Positions 23,245-37,200 are shown, numbered from the stretch's first letter. The stretch: DNA of 64,000 nt from Squalus acanthias (GCA_030390025.1 CM059431.1:94986001-95050000); one strand, 5' to 3'. Notes: generated by a model not told the origin, from the sequence alone. A program made the numbers and translations.

Positions 23245-25990
23245 TTTTTATTTGTTCATGGGATCTGGGCATCGCTGGTAAGGCCAGTATTTATTGCCCA
23301 TCCCTAGTTGCCTTTGAGAAGGTGGTGGTGAGCCGCGTGGTGAAGGTACTCCCACAGTGCTGTTAGGGAGGGAGTTCCAGGATTTTGACCCAGCAACGAT
23401 GAAGAAAAGGGGATATACTTCCAAGTCAGGATGGTGTGTGACTTGGAGGGGAATTTGTAGATGGTGGTGTTCCCTTGCGCCTGCTGCCCTTGTCCTTCTA
23501 GTTGGTAGAGGTCGTGGATTTGGGAGGTGCTGCCGAAGAAGCCTTGGCAAGTTGCTGCAGTGCATCTTGTAGATGGTACACACTGCATCCACAGTACACT
23601 GGTGGTGGAGGGCGTGAATGTTTAAGGTGGTGGATGGGGTGCCAATCAAGTGGGCTGCTTTATCCTAGATGGTGTCGAGCTTCTTGAGTGTTGTTGGAGC
23701 TGCACTCATCCAGGCAAGTGGAGAGTATTCCATCACACTCCTTACTTGTGCCTTGTAGATGGTGGAAAGGCTTTGGGGAGTCAGGAGGTGAGACACTCAC
23801 TGCAGAATACTTAGCCTCTGACCTGCTCTTGTTGCCACTGTATTTATGTGGCTGGTCCACTTAAGTTTCTGGTCAATGCTGACCCCCAGGATGTTGATGG
23901 TGGGGGATTCGGCGATGGTAATGCCGTTGAATGTCAAGGGGCGGTGGTTAGACTCTCGCTTGTTGGAGATAGACATTACCTGGCACTTGTGTGGCGCGAA
24001 TGTTACCTGCCACTTATCAGCACAAGCCTGAATGTCGTCCAGGTCTTGTTGCATGGACTGTAAGAGTTTTTATAGATATGTGAAGAGAAAAAGATTAGTG
24101 AAATCAAGTATAGGTCCCTTGCAGTCAGAAGCGGGGGAAGTTATAATGGGGAACAAAGAAATGGCAGACCAATTAAATGCATATTTTGGTTCTGTCTTCA
24201 CAAAGGAGGACACAAATAACCTCCCAGAGATGTTGGAGAACATAGGGTCTGATGAAAGGGAGGAACTGAAAGACATCAGTATTTGCAGTGAAATGGTGTT
24301 AGGGAAATTGACGGGATTGAAGGCCGATAAATCCCCAGGGCCTGATAATCTACATCCTAGGGTACTTAAGGAAGTGGCCCTAGAAATAGTAGATGTATTG
24401 CTGATCATCTTCCAACATTCGATGGAATCTGGAACTGTACCCATGGATTGGAGGGTAGCTAATGTTACCCCACTATTCAAAAAAGGTTGTCGAGAGAAAG
24501 CGGGGAATTACAGACCGGTAAGCCTGACATCGGTAGTGGGGAAAATGCTAGAGTCCATTATAAAGGATGTAATAGCTGAGCACTTGAAAAACAGTAACAG
24601 GATCGGACAAAGTCAACATGGATTTACAAAAGGTAAATCGTGCTTGACTAATATACTGGAATTTTTTGAGGATGTAACTGGGAAAATAGATAAGGGAGAA
24701 CCAGTAGATGTGGTATATTTGGACTTTCAAAAGGCTTTCGATAAGGTCCCACATAAGAGATTAGCGTGTAAAGTTAAGGCACATGGGATTGGGGGCAAGG
24801 TATTGACTTGGATAGAGAACTGGTTGGCGGACAGAAAGCAAAGAGTAGAAATTAATGGGTCTTTTTCTGAGTGGCAAGCAGTGACTAGTGGGGTACCGCA
24901 GGGATCGGTCCTTGGACCCCAGCTATTCATAATATACATTAATGATCTAGATAAGGGAACTAAATGTAATATCTCCAAGTTTGCAGATGACACATAGCTG
25001 GGTGGGAGTGTGTGCTGCGAGGAGGATACCGAGAAACTCCAGGATGATTTGGACAGGTTGGGTGAGTGGGCAGAAGCGTGGCAGATGCAATATAGCGTGG
25101 ATAAATGCGAGGTTATCCACTTTGGTGTCAAAAACAGAAAGGCAGACTATTATCTGAATGGCAATAGATTGGGAGAAGGGGAAGTGCAACGAGACCTGGG
25201 TGTCCTTGTGCACCAGTCGCTGAAGGTAAGCATGCAGGTGCAGCAGGAGGTGAAGAAGGCAAATGGTATGTTGGCCTTCATAGCGAAAGGGTTTGAGTAT
25301 AGGAACAGGGATGTCCTGCTGCAGTTGTACAGGGCCTTGGTGAGACCACACTTTGAGTATTGTGTGCAGTTTTGGTCGCCTTATCTGAGGAAGGATGTTC
25401 TTGCCATGGAAGGAGTTCAGTGAAGATTCACAAGGCTGATACCTGGGATGGCAGGAATGACATATGAGGAGAGATTGGGTCGATTGGGCTTATACTCGCT
25501 GGAGTACAGAAGAATGAGAGGGGATCCCATCGAAACATATAAAATTCTGACAGGTCTGGACAAACTAGATGCAGGAAGAATGTTCCCGATGGTCGGAGAG
25601 TCCAGAACCAGGGGTCATAATCTAAGGATAAGGGGTAAGCCATTTAGGACAGAAATGAGGAAGAATTTCTGCACCCAGAGAGTGGTGAACCTGTGGAATT
25701 CTCTACCACAGAAGGTAGTTGAGGCCAAGTCATTAAATATATTCAAGAATGAGTTAGGTATATTTCTTAAAGCTAAAGGTATCAAGGGATATGGGGAGAA
25801 GGCAGGTACAGGGTACTGAGTTTGGATGATCAGCCATGATCTCATCGAATGGCGGAGCAGGCTCGAGGGGCCGAAAGGCCTACTCCTGCTCCTATCTTCT
25901 ATGTTTCTATATTATCTGAGGAGTTGCGAATGGCACTGAACACTGTGCAGTCATTAGGGAACATCCCCATTTCTGACCTTATGTTGGAGG
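23245..25990 (-). mobile_element. LINE-X 3' fragment (23245-24060 and 25911-25990) split by a CR1 insertion
   Basis: ORFs 23248..23649 and 23797..24054. LINE-X resumes at attatctgaggagttgcgaatggcactg. Confidence 0.85.
24061..25910 (+). mobile_element. Young CR1 LINE, 5'-truncated, full RT domain plus 3' UTR
   Basis: ORFs 24032..24997, 25010..25423 and 25448..25819 are in one frame separated only by stops. Tail ttctatgtttctat. Confidence 0.95.
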
Positions 25991-26019
25991 GATGGTCATT
26001 GCAATTATTGTATCCATTG

Positions 26020-26300
26020 GAGTGCGCCTCTGGTTTAGCGGTATTATTCCAGCCTCTGAGTCAGAAGTTGCAGGGTTCAAACCCTGCTCTAGACAGACAC
26101 AGCAAGTGGAGACCAACTCTAAATTCTGGGTTGACATCCAGATACTCCCGTCTGGTGGGTATGGGTGGCCCCACCTCATTGTTGGTTTTGGGAGTCAATA
26201 AAATCTCCAGTCATATGGGACTAACCATCCTAGCGGCTGGTATAAAGATAGTTACAGCCACGGAAGAAGCAGTCACGTTACGGCCTTTCCGACTGTTAAT
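26020..26300 (+). mobile_element. Degenerate tRNA-derived SINE
   Basis: A-box-like tggtttagcgg and B-box gggttcaaaccc, with ctctgagtcagaag between them as in the SINE heads at 57935 and 58850. Confidence 0.45.
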
Positions 26301-26904
26301 CACCCTGTGAATACTTCCACTACTTCAAACTATTCTCTAAGGGAAGAGTGTGAAGATATGAAAACAACATTTTGTTAATGACAATGGCCGTAATCATTAT
26401 CAAGGTTCTTCAGCTTGATTTAATTTTGTACATTTTGCTTCAGTATAAAAGCTCTTAATGAACAAACATCTTGCTACAGATTTTTACTTGTTTCTTGTTC
26501 CTTCTCCATTATGAACCACAAATGCTCTTGAGCCTGTTGCATGTTGATCACTGATGTATTTCAAGTGTTTATGAACCAAAGTGTTCCCTATTAGGTATGC
26601 GAGCCAATTAAATTTTGTTGCAATGCCTCTTTGAATACGAGCTTAATTTTCTCTGTGGCCCCAAAGGACCAGGTGTGATACCGTAGACATGAGACAGCTT
26701 GTAAAATCCCTCACTAACTCTTCTAACTGCTCAAAAATCTTACCTCAAGTTACCGCCCTTCCAGAATTTGGCGCTGAAAGTTGGAATCCAGGATGTGCGT
26801 GCATGATGTTAGTGATGCCATCATGCACAATATGTACCTACATTGCCATGTAAGGTGTGTGATGACATCACCAATGCAAGCCACAAATATCTCATGATCA
26901 TCAG

Positions 26905-28382
26905 TTGATACATTTTGGTAGGAAGAATGAGGAGAGACAATACAAGCTAAATGTACAATTCTAAAGGGGGTGCAAGAACAGAGAGACCTGGGGGGAGAAA
27001 TTCAGTTGATTTGCGCCTCCCATTAGTAAGAGGGCACTAACGGGTCGCAAAGCAACTAGCGCCTGGGTGCGGCGCCGCCAACGCCTCCCGCAAAATTCAG
27101 TGGGAGGTTAGCGGCGGCAGTAACCATTAGCACCCCGCGGTGTTGCGCCGCCGGCAATGACATCATCGCCATGCGCAGCACCCCGCTCGCGCCCCGGCCG
27201 CGATCTTCAGTAGCACCCCCTGACTTACCGCCGGACGCTATGTCCGACAGGGTCGGGGGGACTACCTGCGGCCAGGGCGGCACAAATTAAAGTGGAGATG
27301 CCGGGCGGCCATTTTTGTTGCTGGCCACCTGCCAGCACTTTCCCCCGTTGCTGTCCCCGGCCTTCTGTGCAGCCCCCCGCCCCCCATGGGGTGCCGGCTG
27401 CGCTCCGTGAGCCCGGCACTTCTCTTGAGTGCCGGGCTCTTTTGCCGGCATTCTGATCCCTGGTGGCCCAGCTGTGCTAGGCCCCTCCCCTTTAATAAGG
27501 GGAGGAAGGCCTGCAGTACCACGGCGCGCGCTGCGGCACGTAGCGCCGTGCTATTCACTCGCAGTGCCCCAAGAGGGAGACGAGGCGCTTCCAGTAGCAC
27601 CCCGCTTCCCTCTTGGGGCGCTACCAGTGAATTTTGGGTGCAGAGGCGCTAATTTTTTCGGGGCGCTACCCAATTTCCCCCCCCTGGTGTTTTTGTGCAC
27701 AAATCTTTGAAGGTGGAAGGACAGGCTAACAAAGCAGTTAATAAAGCATATTGGATTTGGTCCTTTGGCTTTATAAATAGAGACAAAAGCCTAGAATTTA
27801 TGCCAAACCTATATAAAACACTTTTCAGCCCCAGCAGAAGTATTGTGTCCAATTCTGGGCACCACACTTTAGGAAGGATGTGAAGGTTTTGGAGAGAGTA
27901 CAGAAGAGATTTACTAGAATGGTTCCAGGGATGAGGGATTACAGTTACATGGATAGACTGGAGAAGCTGGGCTTGTTCTCCTCAGAGCAGAGAGGCTAAG
28001 CAGAGATTTGATAGAGGTGTTTAAAATCATGGAGGGTTTAGATAGAGTAAATAATGCAAAACTGTTTCCAATGGCTGAAGGATCGATAACCAGAGGGCAC
28101 AGATTCAAGGTGACTGGCAAAAGAACCAGAGGCGACATGAGGGAAAACCTTTTTGCGCAACGAGTGGTTAGGATTTGGAATGCATTGCCTGATGGGGTGG
28201 TGGATACAGATTCAATAGTAGCATTCAAAAGGGTGTTGGATAAATACTTGAAGGAGAAAAGCTTGTAGGGATATGGGGAAAGAGCAGGGAATGGGACTAA
28301 CAGGATTGCTCTTCGAAAGAGCCGGCGCAGACTTGATGGGCCGAATGGCCTCCCTCTGTGCTGTACTATTCTATAACTCTAT
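26905..28382 (+). mobile_element. CR1 3' fragment interrupted by a family-B MITE
   Basis: ORF 28008..28268 (QRVVRIWNALP). The (attctatg)n tail is split by the MITE at 28383. Confidence 0.85.
26991..27683. mobile_element. Family-B Harbinger-type MITE (about 690 bp, GC-rich)
   Basis: TIRs gggggagaaatt / aatttccccccc and TSD CTG. One end is shared with family A; copies at 47032 and 56017. Confidence 0.85.
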
Positions 28383-29276
28383 GGGGGACAAATTCAGTAT
28401 CGCCCCGTTTGGGGCGCAATTATCGGCTGGGCGCAAAGATTAGCGCCTGGCGCTAATTATCGCCTCCGACTGCAAACTTGACTTTTATCGCCCCCCTGGA
28501 GGTGATTGGAGCGCTAAATCAGGCGCTACACATCTGTCTTAAGGCGCAAAGGCCGAGGAGCGAGGCGCTAACTCAGAGCGCTGGCGAAGTTCATGTGATG
28601 TCAGTCAGCAATGGAACACAGACACAATGGCCCCGGCCAGTTCTTAAAGGGGAGGGTTGATCTTGCTCTTCATCCACATCCTGCTCATTGCAGCCTTGAA
28701 TCTCGGCCTGGAGAGACCTGCACATCAAATCTGCTGGAAAGAACAATGAAGAGGCCCACGGAAAGAGCTCAGAGTGCAGCCCCCACAGTCTCTTCTAAAT
28801 CGATACAAGGAAGGGCAAATCAAAATGAACCTGCAAAGTGCTGCTCAGTACCCAAAACTCCTTCACACAGCGTTGAATCTCTCCAGAAGTCTCTCTCTCT
28901 CTCTCTCAGAATGCGTGGTTCAAAAATGTCGGCAACAAAAAAAGGCAGGAAGCGGTCGCCTTTAAATAGCGCTCCCCCAGTCCCTTCCTGACTGCAAAAC
29001 GCTCCCCTCAACCTGTCGTTGCTAGCGGCAGGCGGTAAGGCAGGGGGCGCCACTCAAAATCCGCTCAGGGGCGCTACTGGGCGTTGCGCATTTGACTGAT
29101 GTCACGATCTGCCGGCGCAGGAGCCCATGGTGGTAGTGTTTAGCGTTGCCGCAAAATGTCTTGTTAATTTTGCATGCGCAGCAAACATCGCCGCGCCCGG
29201 GCGCTAGTTGCTTTGCGCCCCATTAGCGCCCTCTTAAGGCGCTAACGGGAGGTGCAACCAACTGAATTTTTCCCCC
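28383..29276. mobile_element. Family-A Harbinger-type MITE
   Basis: TIRs gggggacaaattcag / ctgaatttttccccc; imperfect TSD tat/gat. Confidence 0.9.
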
Positions 29277-29349
29277 GATGATTCTATGAACAGGCAAAAT
29301 ATATCTTTGTGCAGGTCAAAATCAGGCAGAAATTGTTTTTTATAGATAC

Positions 29350-29589
29350 TGTGGCGGATCGCCACCTAAACGGGCATAACCCACTTTTCCGTCTGTGGAC
29401 AATATATCGGTGAACCTTCCCTTTAAGGCACCTTACCTTTAAGACATGAGTGGGCGGGGCTTCAGGGTTTTTCCAGGGAATTCTGGGAGCAGCTTTCTCA
29501 GCCATTTTGTGTGCCATGCAGTGAATTAAAGTTTCTTGTTTTCCACATATGGATTCAGCCTCCATTCGTGTTTCGCGGCAGCCTCAACA
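29350..29589 (+). repeat. 5' LTR
   Basis: tgtggcgg...gcctcaaca; differs from the 3' LTR at 2 of 240 positions. Confidence 0.95.
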
Positions 29590-29590
29590 T

Positions 29591-29602
29591 TGGTGACCCC
29601 GA
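29591..29602 (+). promoter_or_regulatory. Primer-binding site complementary to the tRNA-Trp 3' end
   Basis: TGGTGACCCCGA, 1 nt after the 5' LTR. Confidence 0.85.
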
Positions 29603-29629
29603 TGCTCAGAACGTATTCCGAGCACTGCA

Positions 29630-32600
29630 ATGGCGGACACGAACGCAGTTTCCGTGAAACTGCCGGAGTTTTGGGAAAACCAGCCCGAAGCCTGGTTTCT
29701 CCAAGCTGAATCTCGCTTCCAGCTGCGAAATATCACCACAGATGGTACGAAGTACGACTATCTCATCACATCACTCAGTAGCGCCGCAGTTTCCAAGGTT
29801 TGGACAATGCTGCAGAACCCACCAGAGGAAGGCAAGTACGCACATCTCAGGACAGCACTCCTTAAAAAATTTACGGCCTCGGCATATCAGCGAAACTGCC
29901 ACCTCCTCGACCTTCCAGGCCTCGGTGATGCCTCACCGTCAGACCTCCTCTCCCTCACCGACGAGAGCCCTCCCGGATCCCTCTTCCGCACGCTGTTCAT
30001 CTGCCAGCTCCCTCTCAGCATCCGCCCAGCGATCGTGGTGTCCGGCCTCACGAACTTGGAAGCCCTGGCCGATGAGGCCGACAAACTGCTGTCCGCTCAC
30101 TCCAGCCGCAACGTCACTCTGGACCTGGCAGCCAATGCCTGGGCGCGCCCCTCACCATCCAGCACGCGGCCACAAGGGCCTGTCACCAGGCCCACGGGGC
30201 CTTCACGCCCCTCTAACCCGGGCCACTATTACTACCACGCATGGTTCGGCGCCAGGGCACAACGGTGCACACCTCCCTGCTCTTTCAAGTCCGCCCCCGT
30301 ACCAGCCCCCGCGATGGCTGTGGGCCACGCGGGCTCCCTGCTGTTCGTTACGGATGACAAAACCGGCCGCCGGTTCCTGTGCGACACTGGGGCTCAGCAC
30401 AGCATCATCCCGGCCTCCTCCCTCGACATCCAAAAGGGCGAACGAGGACTGGTGCTGGCTGCTGCTAACGGCTCGGAAATCCGGATGTATGGCACCCGGA
30501 CAGTCACCCTCGACCTCGCTGGTCGCCGCTACCGATGGGAGTTCATCACTGCCAAGGTGCTCTCCCCTCTCATCGGCGCAGATTTCCTGTGCACCCATGG
30601 CCTACTGGTAGGCATCCTCCGTCACCGCCTCGTGGACATGAACACCATGTCCCCCATCCTGGGCGCCATGGCCACCCGTCAACCCGCCGACATGGCGTCA
30701 CAGTGCCACGCCCGGGCCACGGATGACTACTCGGCACTCCTGGCCGAATTCCCAGCCCTTACCAATCCGACCTTCTCCGCGGAGGCCGCCAAACACGGGG
30801 TGGAACACTTCATCCCCACCACAGGCCCCCCAGTGTACGCCCACGCCCGCAGGCTGGACCCGGCCAAACTGGAGATCGCGCGGACCGAGTTTGCCACCAT
30901 GGAACAGCTCGGCATCATCCGCCGCTCCAACAGTCCCTGGGCCTCCCCACTCCACATCGCCCCCAAACCAGGCGGAGGTTGGCGCCCCTGCGGGTATTAC
31001 CGCTGGCTCAATGACGCCACCACCCCTGATCGGTACCCCGTGCCGCACATTCAGGACTTCTCGGCTAGACTGGCCGGCCGCTCAGTCTTTTCCAAGGTCG
31101 ACCTGGTGCGCAGCTACCACCAAGTCCCCGTCCACTCCGTGGACGTCCCCAAGACAGCCGTAATCACCCCCTTCGGCCTGTTCGAGTTCCTGCGGATGCC
31201 CTTCGGCCTCAAAAACGCGGCCCAGGCATTCCAACGGCTCATGGACTCGGTCCTTCGGGACCTGAAGTTCCTGTCCGTCTACCCGGACGACATCCTGGTA
31301 GCCAGTTCCTCCAAGCAGGAACACCTCAAACACCTCCGCATCCTGTTCGGGCGCCTCAGCGACCACGGGCTCATCCTCAGCCTAGCCAAATGCCAGTTCG
31401 GCCTGGACAAGATCGACTTCCTCGGCCACCACATCACCCATGCTGGGGCCATTCCCCTGCCCACCAAGGTGCAGGCCGTCCAACAATTTCCCCGCCCCAC
31501 CGCCATCAAAGGCCTCCAGGAGTTCCTCGGGATGGTGAACTTCTATAACCGCTTCATCCCCAAAGCGGCGTCCCTCATGAGGCCCCTGTATGAAACCCTC
31601 CGGGGCAGGAGCGGCAAGATGGCAGTTGAATGGACGGCAGACGCGTCAGCCACCTTCGACTCCACCAAGACTGCACTCGCCAACGCCACCCTGCTCGCGC
31701 ACCCACGGCCCAATGCCAGGGTAGCGCTCACCACGGACGCCTCCGACCACGCGGTCGGCGCCGTGTATGAGCAGTGGGTCGACGGCGCCTGGCAACCACT
31801 TGCCTTCTTCAGCCGCCAACTATGCCCCCCGGAGGTCAAGTACAGCACCTTCGACCGCGAGCTTCTCGCGCTGTTCCTGGCGGTCCGCCATTTCTGGTTT
31901 TTGCTTGAGGGACACTCCTTCATGGCGTTTGTCGACCACAAGCCCCTGACATTCGCAATGGCAAAGACAACCGACCCCTGGTCCACCAGGCAGCAGCGCC
32001 AGCTCGCGGCAGTGTCCGAGTTCACCACGGACATCCAACACATCTCCGGCCGAGACAATGTGGTAGCCGATTGCCTCTCCCTCCCCGCCATCCACGCCGC
32101 ACACCTAGCAGTCGACTACGCTCAACTTGCAGCAGACCAGATCACCGACCCGGATCTGCTCTCCGCACCCACCAACCTACCAGGGCTACGCCTGGCCGAC
32201 GTCGCCTGTGGCCCGACCGCAGTCACGGTCAAGTGCGACATATCCCTATGTCAACCTCGGCCCGTTGTCCCAGTGGCCTGGCGCCGCCGGGTATTCGACA
32301 TTCTCCACAACCTCTCCCACCCGCGCATCCATCAAATTGGTAGCCAACCGCTTCGTCTGGCGTGGCCTTCGCAAGGATGTGCGTACTTGGGCCAACTCCT
32401 CCCTAGCCTGCCAACGGGCCAAGGTACAGCAACACACGAAAACACCCCTCGAGGAGTTTACCGTCCCCTCGCGGAGATTCGACCACATCCACGTGGACAT
32501 CGTCGGGCCCCTGCCGCCGTCGCAAGGCCACACGCACTTGCTGACCATCGTTGACCGCACCACACGCTGGCCTGAGGCAATTCCACTGACCTCTACCACC

Positions 32601-33422
32601 ACCGCCGACATCGCCAGAGCCTTCATCAGCACCTGGGTCGCACGGTTCGGCGTCCCCTCCAACATGACGTCGGACAGAGGTCCGCAATTTACCTCTGAAC
32701 TCTGGACAGCCGTTGCACGCAATCTCGGGGTGACCATTCACCACACCACAGCATACCACCCCCAAGCCAATGGACTGTGTGAGCGGTTCCACAGATCCTT
32801 GAAGGCATCTCTTCGAGCCAGCCTCCAAGACGGCGCCTGGACCGACCGACTTCCGTGGGTCCTCCTCGGCCTGCGCACCGTGGTTAAAGAAGATCTCCGC
32901 GCATCGGCAGCAGAGCTCGTGTACGGTCAGCCGCTGCGCGTACCCGGCGAGTTCCTGCCCACCTCCACGACACCCTGGTCAGCCGACCAGCAACGCCACG
33001 ACTTCGCCTCACCGGCGCTGCAGTTCACCCCGGTGCCCATTGCTCGACACGGCGAATCCACCTCACACGTCCCACTAAGCCTGCACCAGGCACGGTTTGT
33101 TTTCGTCCGGCACGACGCCCACCGCGGACCCCTTCAACCCCCGTACGACGGGCCCAACAAGGTGCTACAGGCTGGGGACAAATTTTTCACCCTGCAAGTG
33201 GGCGACAGGACCGAAAAAGTGTCGGTTGACCGACTCAAGCCAGCACACTCGGAGCCCGGTGAGCAGGTCCCTGTAGCTCGTCCACCTCCACGCGACCGAC
33301 CTGCCCTCAAGCCGGTTCACCCGGCTGCTGCACGCCCGGCCGTTCCATGTCCACCGGCGTCCTACAAGAGCCGCTCCGGCCGGCCCATCAGACCGCCGCA
33401 CTGTCTCGTCCACACCTCCTAA
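29630..33422 (+). pseudogene. Gypsy gag-pol polyprotein, disabled
   Basis: KLPEFW gag, YYYHAWFGARAQRCTPPC (degenerate CHCC), LCDTGA protease, RT with YPDD, TDAS RNase H, integrase HVD/SDRGPQF/ERFH and PYDGP. Frameshift near 32321. Confidence 0.9.
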
Positions 33423-33442
33423 GCGGATTCTGGGGGGAGCTG

Positions 33443-33682
33443 TGTGGCGGATCGCCACCTAAACGGGCATAACCCACTTTTCCGTCTGTGGACAATATAT
33501 CGGTGAACCTTCCCTTTAAGGCACCTTACCTTTAAGACAGGAGTGGGCGGGGCTTCAGAGTTTTTCCAGGGAATTCTGGGAGCAGCTTTCTCAGCCATTT
33601 TGTGTGCCATGCAGTGAATTAAAGTTTCTTGTTTTCCACATATGGATTCAGCCTCCATTCGTGTTTCGCGGCAGCCTCAACA
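33443..33682 (+). repeat. 3' LTR
   Basis: Direct repeat of 29350-29589, followed by ATAC. Confidence 0.95.
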
Positions 33683-33828
33683 ATACACCAATTTTGCAAA
33701 TCTAGGAATTTATTTGTGAACTGATATGTTTCTAACTATTGCACAATGATTGTTTTGGACTGGAACAGTGTTTTGAAATAACTCCCTCGATTTGCTTTTA
33801 TGATCATAAATCCTTTCTTTTCACTTAG

Positions 33829-33953
33829 GGCCTATACCTTTTCGCAGTAAAGAGCAGAGAAACAAGATTCTAGGACTAACAACTGCTATGGGAACTGTGG
33901 CTGCTGCACTCCTACTGGTGCTGATATATTTTGTGAAAGGTCACCCAGAAACA
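33829..33953 (+). CDS. Transmembrane exon of the B7-family gene
   Basis: Acceptor tcctttcttttcacttag and donor aca|gtaagt; phase 1 in, phase 0 out. Encodes (R)PIPFRSKEQRNK-ILGLTTAMGTVAAALLLVLIYFV-KGHPET. Confidence 0.75.
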
Positions 33954-34234
33954 GTAAGTAGATGCTTCCCATTACGTGTAAAAATGTGTTTGAAGTGAAT
34001 ATGTAAGTGAGCGATTAATTCTATGTAAATAAACCAAATCTAAAGATGTCTCAGTATTATGTAGGTTTGCATTTTCAGTGGGTATGGTACAGACAATTTT
34101 AAGAAATACTTTTAAACATGAGATGGAACCAGGTAAATATAGGATTTACACTCAAGGTGGGCACCAACTTAAATTTCGTAGTTTGTAATTTATCACATTT
34201 GGGAGAGGTTATTCCGGCTACACTGATTTGCTTT

Positions 34235-37200
34235 TGTCTAGGGAATTATTTACCATTGGTGTTGGTGCCTTTGATAGTCATGGGGACTATTTGCTCTTAA
34301 TGTTACTGTCTGTGAGGGTGGAGGTGACATTTTGGCCTTGATGTTAGTGTCTATGAGGATGGAAGGGTTTATTTGCCTTTTGTGTTAGTGTATATGAGGG
34401 TCTATGGGGCCATTTTCCATTGGTATTATTGTCTATGAGTGACTAGCGGACTATTTGCAGTTTGTGTTAGTATCTATGAGGGTTAAGGGGACTATTTGCT
34501 CTTGGTGTTAGTGTCTGTGAGCGTGGGGGACAATGTTCCCTTTAAGTGGTCTGGAGCTCCCACGCAGCCAGCTCACTGGCTTTTAAATGCAAAAACCGCA
34601 CATGCGCGGATTTTTGAATGCACCACGTAGCCCCTTAAAGGGGCCACGCGGCCCAAAAAAGAATTAGAGGGAACATTGGTGGAGAGTACTTTATGCATTT
34701 GGTGTTAATGTCTATGAGGGTGCAGGTGGCTATTTGACTTGGTGTTAATGTCTATGACGATCGGGGGGATTATTTGCCCTTGGTGTCAGTTTCTATGAGG
34801 GTGGGGGACTATATGGCCTTATGTTAGTGTCCAGGAGGGTGGAGGGGTGTATTTACCCTTGGTGTTAGTGTCTATCAGGATCTAGGGGGCTATTTACCCT
34901 TGGTATTAGTGTCTATGAGGGTCTAGGGGGCTATTTACCCTTGGTGTTGGTGTCTATGAGGATCTAGGCAGCTATTTATTCTTGGTGTTCATGTCTATGA
35001 GGATCGAGGGGGCTATTTATCCTTGGTGTTAGTGTCTATCAGGGGCTAGGGGGTTTTTACCCTTGGTGTTAGTGTCTATGAGGATCGAGGGGGCTATTTA
35101 CCCTTGGTGTTAGTGTCTATTAGGATCTAGGGGGCTATTACTCTTGGTGTTAGTGTCTATGAGGGTCGAGGGGGCTATTTACCCTTGCTGTTAGCGTCTA
35201 TGAGGATCTAGGGGGCTATTTACCATTGGTGTTAGTGTCTATGAGGATCTAGGGGGCTATTTACCATTGGTGTTAGTCTCTATTAGGATCGAGGGGGCTA
35301 TTTACCATTGTTGTTAGTGTTTATGAGGGTCTAGGGGGCTATTTACCCTTGGTGTTAGTGTGTATGAGGATCTAGGGGGCTATTTATTCTTGGTGTTAGT
35401 GTCTATGAGGATCGAGGGGGCTATTTATCCTTGGTGTTAGTGTCTATCAGGGGCTAGGGGGCTATTTACCCTTGGTGTTAGTGTCTATGAGGATCGAGGG
35501 GGCTATTTACCCTTGCTGTTAGTGTCTATGAGGATCTAGGGGGCTATTTACCATTGGTGTTAGTGTCTATGAGGATCTAGGGGCTATTTACCTTGGTGTT
35601 AGGTCTATGAGGATCGAGGGGGCTATTTACCATTGTTGTTAGTGTTTATGAGGGTCTAGGGGGCTATTTACCCTTGGTGTTAGTGTCTATGAGGATCAGG
35701 GGATATTTACCCTTGGTGTTAGTGTCTATGAGGATCGAGGGGGCTATTTACCCTTGGTGTTAGTGTCTATGAGGATCTAGGGGACTATTTACCCTTGGTG
35801 TTAGTGTCTATGAGGATCTAGGGGGCTATTTACCCTTGGTGTTAGTGTCTATGAGGATCTAGGGGGCTATTTACCCTTGGTGTTAGTGTCTATGAGGGTC
35901 TAGGGGGCTATTTACCCTTGGTGTTAGTGTCTATGAGGATCTGGGGGCTATTTACCCTTGGTGTTAGCGTCTATGAGGGGCAAGGGGCCTATTTATCCTT
36001 GGATTTAGTGTCTATTAAGATCAAGGGGGCTATTTACCCTTGGTGTTAGTGTCTATGAGGATCTAGGGGTCTATTTACCATTGGTGTTAGTGTCTATTAG
36101 GATCGAGGGGGCTATTTACCCCTGGTGTTAGTGTCTATGAGGGTTCAGGGGGCTATTTACCCTTGGTGTTAGTGTCTGAGAGGTTCTAGGGGGCCATTTA
36201 CCCTTGTTGTTCGCGTCTATGAGGGGCTAGGGGGCTATTTACCCTTGGTGTTAGTGTCTATGAGGATTGAGGGGGCTATTTACCCTTGGTGTTAGTGTCT
36301 ATCAGGGGCTAGAGGCTTATTTACCCTAGGTGTTAGTTTCTATGAAGGTCGAGGGGGCTATTTACCCTTGGTGTTAGTGTCTATGTGGATCTAGGGAGCT
36401 ATTTACCCTTGGTGTTAGTGTCTATGTGGGTCGACGGGGCTATTTACCCTTGGTGTTAGATTCTATGAGGGTCCAGGGTGCTATTTACCCTTGGTGTTAA
36501 TGTCTGTGAGGATCTAGGGGGCTATTTACCCTTGGTGTTCGTGTCTATGAGGATCTAGGGGTCAATTTAACCTCGGTGTTAGTGTGTATGAGGATCTAGG
36601 GGTCTATTTACCCTTGGTGTTAGTGTCTATGAGGATCTAGGGGGCTATTTCCCCTTGGTGTTAGTGTCTATGAGGATCTAGGGGGCTATTTCCCCTTGGT
36701 GTTAGTGTCTATGAGGGTTGAGTGGACTATTTACCCTTGGTGTTAGTGTCTATGAGGATCCAGGGGGCTATTTACCCTTGGTGTTAGTGTCTATGAGGAT
36801 CTAGGGTCTATTTACCCTTGGTGTTAGTGTCTATGAGGATCGAGGGGACAATTTATCCTTGGTGTTAGCCTCTATGAGGATCTAGGGCGCTATTTACCCT
36901 TGGTGTTAATGTCTGTGAGGATCTAGGGGGCTATTTACCCTTGGTGTTAGTGTCTATGAGAATGTCAGGGCTATTTACCCTTGGTGTTAGTGTCTGATGA
37001 TCGAGAGTTCTATTTACCCTTGGTGTTCGTGTCTATGAGGATCTCGGGGGCTATTTACTCTTGGTGTTAGTGCCTATGAGGATCGAGGGGGCTATTTACC
37101 CTTGGTGTTAGTGTCTATGAGGATCTAGGGGGCTATTTCCCCTTGGTGTTAGTGTCTATGAGGATCTCGGGGGCTATTTACTCTTGGTGTTCGTGTCTAT

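Larger units (their letters stand above)
29350..33682 (+). mobile_element. Full-length Ty3/Gypsy LTR retrotransposon, CsRn1 lineage
   Basis: 240-bp TG..CA LTRs, 4-bp TSD ATAC, tRNA-Trp PBS, PPT ggggggag at about 33432, and gag-PR-RT-RH-IN domain order. Confidence 0.95.

Noticed and set aside
29742..33458. Overlapping and antisense ORFs within the Gypsy element
   Set aside because: Expected shadow ORFs of GC-rich coding sequence; no env or accessory gene is evident.
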